This document shows positions 59,395-64,000 of a stretch of DNA of 64,000 bases, piece after piece. The notes beneath the pieces are model-generated. The model saw nothing but the letters and a program-made list of their open reading frames with translations. It did not search any database and was not told where the DNA came from. The DNA is taken from NCBI GenBank assembly GCA_963709585.1, contig CAVPXI010000007.1, forward strand, positions 448,001-512,000. Reading direction: 5' to 3'. Position numbers and translations under genes: made by a program. This DNA is from Candidatus Dormiibacterota bacterium. Its GTDB lineage: Bacteria > Chloroflexota > Dormibacteria > Aeolococcales > Aeolococcaceae. How positions within the stretch are numbered: position 1 is the stretch's first letter; each line of letters begins with the position of its first letter.

Positions 59395-60921
59395 GTGCAC
59401 CCGACACGTCCCGCGCGCCCACTCGCGGCCCTGCTGGGCGCGGCCGGAATCGACGCCACGCTCCAACCTTCGGCGGCGGGGCTCGAGATCACTGCAATCG
59501 ACTCCGATTCGCGCTCGGTGGCCCCGGGGAGTCTCTTCGTGGCGATCCCCGGGCTCCGCTCCGATGGCCATCGCTTCATCGACGCCGCGGTCGAGCGCGG
59601 CTCGGCGGCGGTCGTCGCCGAACAACTCCCAGGTGCGCCGATCGACGCTTCGATACCGGTGATCATCGTCGGCGACTCGAGGCTGGCGCTCTCCGACCTC
59701 GCCGCCGCCTTCAACGATCACCCCAGCCGGGCGCTCTGCGTCGCCGGCATCACCGGGACCGACGGCAAGACCACAACGGCGACACTCCTCTGGTACGCAT
59801 GGCGCGCCGCCGGGATCGCCGCGGCGTCGATCACCACCGTCGATCGTCGAACCCTGGACGGCGTGACCGCCAATCCGTCGCGGCAGACGACCCCGGAGGC
59901 ACCCGAGCTCCAGGCAGAGCTCGCCCGCATCCGCGACGCCGGTTGCACGCACGTCGCGCTCGAGACCTCGTCGCATGCGCTCGAGATGCGCCGCGCCGAC
60001 GGCGTGGACTTCCGCGCCGCGGTGTTCACGCGGATCACCACCGAGCACCTCGAGCTGCACGGAACCCGCAACCGATACCTGGCGGCCAAGGCTCGTCTGC
60101 TCGAACTCGTATCGGCGCGGCCTGACGGCGTCGCCGTCCTCGATGCCGGCGACCCGTTCGGGTTCCCGCACCTCGCGGTGATCCCGGTCGCCACCAGGCT
60201 CACATACACCGACCTCCCCGACATCGCCGCGGATCTTCGCGCCGAGGACATCGTCGTCGAGCCTTCGGCGGTGCGCTTCATCGCGCGCACACCCTGGGGC
60301 GATGCCGGCGTGCGCCTCCGCCTGGCCGGCAGCTTCAACGTGCGCAACGCTCTCGCGGCGCTCGCAGCCGCCTGTGCCACCGGCGCCGCGCTCGGCAGTG
60401 CCGTCCGCGGTCTCGAGGCGGCCGAGGCCGTCACCGGGCGCATGGAGCGCATCGACCTCGGCCAGCCCTTCGAGGTGGTGGTCGACTACGCGCACACCAC
60501 CGACGCGCTCGAGACCGTCCTCCACGAGCTGCGCCGGACAACCGGGGGGCGGCTCTGGGCGGTGTTCGGCTCGGCGGGGGAACGCGACGTGGAGAAGCGT
60601 CCGGCGATGGGATCGGTGGCGGCGCGGCTCGCTGATATCAGCGTCATCACCGATGAGGATCCGCGTGGCGAGGACCGTCAGCTCATCCTCGAGCAGATCG
60701 CTGCTGGAGCCGCCGCTGCCGGCGGCGTGCGCGGCACCAACCTGTTTGTCATCCCCGATCGCGAAGAGGCGATCGGTTTTGCGGTGTCGAAGGCAGCGCC
60801 CGGGGATACGGTGCTCTGCGCCGGCAAGGGCCACGAGAAGACCGTCGAGACCGCGACCGGCGAGATCCCGTGGAATGAGCGAGCCGTGGCGATCGCGGCG
60901 ATCCGGCGGCGGATCAGCTGA
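59395..60921 (+). CDS. murE: UDP-MurNAc-L-Ala-D-Glu:diamino acid ligase MurE
   Basis: DSR, GTDGKTTT, TTPEA, LETSSH, VDYAHT, GERD..KR, DEDPR and AGKGHE. Confidence 0.95.
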   Translation: MHPTRPARPLAALLGAAGIDATLQPSAAGLEITAIDSDSRSVAPGSLFVAIPGLRSDGHRFIDAAVERGSAAVVAEQLPGAPIDASIPVIIVGDSRLALSDLAAAFNDHPSRALCVAGITGTDGKTTTATLLWYAWRAAGIAAASITTVDRRTLDGVTANPSRQTTPEAPELQAELARIRDAGCTHVALETSSHALEMRRADGVDFRAAVFTRITTEHLELHGTRNRYLAAKARLLELVSARPDGVAVLDAGDPFGFPHLAVIPVATRLTYTDLPDIAADLRAEDIVVEPSAVRFIARTPWGDAGVRLRLAGSFNVRNALAALAAACATGAALGSAVRGLEAAEAVTGRMERIDLGQPFEVVVDYAHTTDALETVLHELRRTTGGRLWAVFGSAGERDVEKRPAMGSVAARLADISVITDEDPRGEDRQLILEQIAAGAAAAGGVRGTNLFVIPDREEAIGFAVSKAAPGDTVLCAGKGHEKTVETATGEIPWNERAVAIAAIRRRIS

Positions 60922-61562
60922 TCGGGTGCCGGTTCGGCATCCCGGGTCGTCGCGGGTATTCATCGCTGGTGGGCACCAGCTTGCGCACCCGCAGCACAGC
61001 GTCGGTCGGCGCGTCGGGAGCGCTCCCACCGCAGGCGGCCGCCGCCGCGGCGCAACCGGAGAGTGCCGCCGGGGCGCCGGCGACGAGCGCGCAGAGACTG
61101 CCGCCGACACGCAACAGCGGCAGCGCGAGCTCGCAGAGCACCGGCGGCGGCGCGGTCGCTCGGGAGGTCGCGAGGTCGAAGGCCTCGCGCAGACCATCGC
61201 GGCGACCCGCGTCCTCGGCGCGGAGCGCCTCCACGACAACGCCGGACAACCCGAGCAAGCCGGCGACGTGGACGAGAAACCCGCTCTTGCGCCGGTCCGA
61301 AGTCGAGGAGGGTCACCGAGAGGTCCGGCCGCAGAATGGCGATCACCATCCCCGGCACGCCGCCACCCGATCCGATGTCGACGACGCTGCACCCCGCCGG
61401 CGGCGCAGCAACCCCGAGCAGCTCCTCGGCCTCGACGACGTTGCGCGACCACATCTGCGCTCGCGGGATCGACGTCAGGTTGAGACGCGCGGACCAGCGG
61501 TCGAGCTCGTCGAGATACGCCTCGAGAGTCGCGTTCACGTCGCCAGTCTGCAGCGGTCCCAT
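60914..61562 (-). CDS. rsmG: 16S rRNA m7G527 methyltransferase (frameshift near 61300)
   Basis: NLTSI, DIGSGGGVPG, corrected LDSDRRKSGFL, RAED, TSRA and YPRRPGMP. Confidence 0.9.
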
Positions 61563-61649
61563 GGCGCCGAGCCTAGCGCTCGCCCTGGAGCGTGGCGGGT
61601 CGGTGACGGTGACTCGATTGCCTCCCCGACCGGGCCGCTCCGTGCGATC

Positions 61650-61856
61650 ATGCAAGAAGCGATGGACATGGAGCCGGAAACATCCGACCGCTGCCCGGTG
61701 TGCAAGGGCGAAATGCTCTCGGTGCTGTATTACGGCGCTGACGGCGAGTCGGTCGGCGGCCACCGGATCTGCCCGGGCTGCGGACCTCGGACCACCGTGG
61801 AGCTGGGCGCGCCTGACGAGATCCGCCGTCGCCTCCTGGAGCGCAAGGCCTCCTAG
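61650..61856 (+). CDS. Small zinc-ribbon-like protein
   Basis: CPVC...CPGC pair in an ORF of about 68 aa, divergent from rsmG. Confidence 0.55.
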   Translation: MQEAMDMEPETSDRCPVCKGEMLSVLYYGADGESVGGHRICPGCGPRTTVELGAPDEIRRRLLERKAS

Positions 61857-61923
61857 TCCGCCGGGCACGCCTGAGCGAACTCAATCCAAACGGCGCTCCC
61901 TCGTATGTTCCGTCTGCAGTCGT

Positions 61924-61960
61924 GTGACGCGGCGGTGACGGCCGGTCACGGCGCGATGAC
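61924..61960. promoter_or_regulatory. Array of GTGAC/GTCAC/ATGAC boxes upstream of the peptidoglycan hydrolase
   Basis: GTGAC-N6-GTGAC-N5-GTCAC-N6-ATGAC, downstream of a TATGTT -10-like hexamer at 61904. Confidence 0.4.
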
Positions 61961-62001
61961 ATCGGCGGGCGACTCCGGCAGTCGATGGGAGACTGGCCGC
62001 G

Positions 62002-63207
62002 ATGCGTCACCCCCGTTTTTCGTTCGCCCATCACCGCATCGTGCTTGCTCTTCCGCTCGCGCTGGCGCTCATCCTGATCGCCGCGCCGGCTGCGGCGGGG
62101 CCCACGCCCGTGCCCTCGCCGGGGGTGAGCGCGGCCCAGGCGGCGGCGGCCGCAGCCAAGGCGGACGCGCAGAACGCCAAGTCTGCCGCCAACAACGCTG
62201 ACACCGCGCTCTCGCTTGCGCGCAGCGCGCTGGCGGCGGCGAACGCGCACCTCGCGCTGATCAACACGCAGATCAGCGGGCTCAACGTGACCATCACCGC
62301 CGACACCGCGACGCTGCGTACTGTCGACGCGCAGCTTGCCGCCGATCGCGGACATCTCTCCGCCTACCTTCGCCAGTCGTACGAGAACGGCGGCTCCCAG
62401 GCGATGCTCGCGTACATCATCTCGGCGAACACCATCGCCGCCGCGATCCAGCGAGATGTGCAGGTCAACGAGATCTCATCGGCGAGCCGGCAGCTGGTTG
62501 CGCGGATCGCAGCCGAGCAGCAGAAGGCCACGACCACGCTCGCCCGCCACACCGCTGACCTCGCGCAGCTCGCCGCCGCGGAGGAGCAGGCTCGGACCGA
62601 GCAGGCGATCATCAAGGTGCAGACGCAGAACCTGCTTGCTGCGGACATCACCGCCCACGCCCACGTGTCGCAAGCGCAGAAGGCGCTCGCCGCTGCGGTG
62701 GCCGCGCTCGCCGCCGCTCGCGCGCGCGACGCCGTCTATCCGCCGGTCGCGGGTCCGCTGTTCACAGTCGACACCAACCTGACCCTGCCGAGCGGTGAGA
62801 CGGCCGCGAGCCTCAATCAATTCCTCAATGGGTCGGCACTTGCCGGACTCGGCGCCAGCTTCATGCAGGCCGAAGCGACGTATCACGTCAGCGCGCGCTA
62901 TTTCGTGGCCCACGCAATCCTCGAATCCGCCTGGGGGACGAGCGCGATCGCATTTTACAAGCACAACCTGTTCGGCTTCGGCGCCGACGACGCCAATCCG
63001 TACCTTGATGCGATGACCTTCACGAGCTTCGACGCGTGCATCCAGTACGTCGCACAGTTCATCGAGACCCACTACCTGGCCGTCGGCGGGCCGTTCTATC
63101 ACGGCCCCACGCTGCGCGGGATGAATGTCGACTACGCGAGCGATCCGAACTGGGCCGAGAAGATCGCGAGCATCGCGGACACGATTCCTCCACTCGCCGT
63201 GGCCTGA
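62002..63207 (+). CDS. Secreted peptidoglycan hydrolase: coiled coil (PcsB/CwlO-like) + glucosaminidase (GH73) domain
   Basis: Signal peptide, Ala-rich coiled coil, AHAILESAWGTS, HNLFGFGA and YASDPNWAEKI. Confidence 0.88.
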   Translation: MRHPRFSFAHHRIVLALPLALALILIAAPAAAGPTPVPSPGVSAAQAAAAAAKADAQNAKSAANNADTALSLARSALAAANAHLALINTQISGLNVTITADTATLRTVDAQLAADRGHLSAYLRQSYENGGSQAMLAYIISANTIAAAIQRDVQVNEISSASRQLVARIAAEQQKATTTLARHTADLAQLAAAEEQARTEQAIIKVQTQNLLAADITAHAHVSQAQKALAAAVAALAAARARDAVYPPVAGPLFTVDTNLTLPSGETAASLNQFLNGSALAGLGASFMQAEATYHVSARYFVAHAILESAWGTSAIAFYKHNLFGFGADDANPYLDAMTFTSFDACIQYVAQFIETHYLAVGGPFYHGPTLRGMNVDYASDPNWAEKIASIADTIPPLAVA

Positions 63208-63298
63208 CCCCAGTTCGCCTACTTCGATCCGCGGCGCCGCGAAGCCAGCGTCGCCGTCCCGCAGCGTTCCCGGCAAGCCCTTCGGATAGGCTGCCCGG

Positions 63299-64000
63299 AT
63301 GCAGCAGCCGATCGGTGAGCACGCGCTGCTTGCTGAACTCGAGGACCGCTGCACTCATCGATCCCGACGGCAGCGTTGCCTGGCTGTGCTGGCCGTGGAT
63401 CGATTCGACCCCGTTGCTCTTCTCGATCCTTGACGCCGACCGCGGCGGTGCCTTCTCCGTACGACCCACGCGACCGGATGCTCGCGTTGTGTCGCGCCGC
63501 TATCACCCGCGATCGCTGGTGCTCGAGACGGTCTGGGACGTTGGTGGAGCGCGGCTCATCGTGGAAGACGCGCTCGACCTCGATGTGGGGCCGCTGCTGA
63601 TTCGCAGCCTGCGCGCCGGAGGGGAAGCCGTCGAGGTCCTGGTGCATCTCACCGCACCGGCGTGGCCCGGGACTCCAGCGTCTTTGCGCGTGTTCGGTGA
63701 CTCGGTCGAGCTCGCCGGCGTGAGCCGGGTGGTCATCCACGCACCGTCGCAATGGGAGGCGACGCCCGGTGGCGCAACATGTGAATTGACGGTCCGCCCT
63801 GGGAGTCCAAAGACGGTCACGCTCGGCGCTGCGGACATGGTGCAACGCGCGGTATCCATCAACTCAACGCTCGCCGAGTGGCATCGAACAATCCCCGAAG
63901 CCATCGCCTCCATCAACGTCCGACTCCCCGAAGCCAACGATCTCCTCGCGACGACCGCGGCGGTGCTCCTCGGCCTGCGCCGCCGGGACGGAGGCATCGT
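63299..64000 (+). CDS. Glycoside hydrolase family 15 (trehalase/glucoamylase-like), 5' part; frameshift near 63337
   Basis: Corrected MQQPIGEHALLADSRTAALIDPDGSVAWLCWP...LVLETVW...LLGLRRRDGGIV; frame stays open to the window end. Confidence 0.8.

Noticed and set aside
61860-62001. c-di-AMP or c-di-GMP riboswitch upstream of the cell-wall hydrolase
   Set aside because: I could not find the conserved ydaO or GEMM sequence elements by eye. An Rfam scan would be decisive.

Overview
A 64-kb stretch of a high-GC bacterial chromosome, mostly housekeeping and cell-envelope genes. The mix of features suggests a Terrabacteria lineage such as Chloroflexota/Ca. Dormibacteria; this is inference only. Recognisable content: guaA (partial), a GuaB3-type IMPDH, gdhA, a histone H1-like pentapeptide-repeat protein, ltaE, a diguanylate cyclase, infA, metH, two GT-C/GT87-like membrane proteins, tldD/tldE, a Cys-rich orphan ABC binding lipoprotein, a two-component pair, hom-thrC-thrB-lysC-ychF, an SOS-boxed DUF222/HNH gene, an ECF sigma/anti-sigma pair, a Get3/ArsA-like ATPase cluster, an LprG-like lipoprotein with an Rv1410c-like MFS, cca, rplI-dnaB, fumC, a DEAD-box helicase, moeB, murE, rsmG, a peptidoglycan glucosaminidase and a GH15 (partial). 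I found no rRNA, tRNA, CRISPR array, integrase or transposase. The least obvious signals are: (1) ten frameshifts that are each repaired by removing duplicated A/T from a GACTC/GAGTC site, a likely DNA-modification footprint in a long-read assembly; (2) two tandem NrdR-type operator pairs in front of non-RNR transcripts, one of which is a candidate structured RNA; (3) a predicted tail-anchored protein gene directly upstream of a Get3d-like ATPase; (4) a recurring intergenic GTnAC-N6-GTnAC box; (5) widespread leaderless genes.
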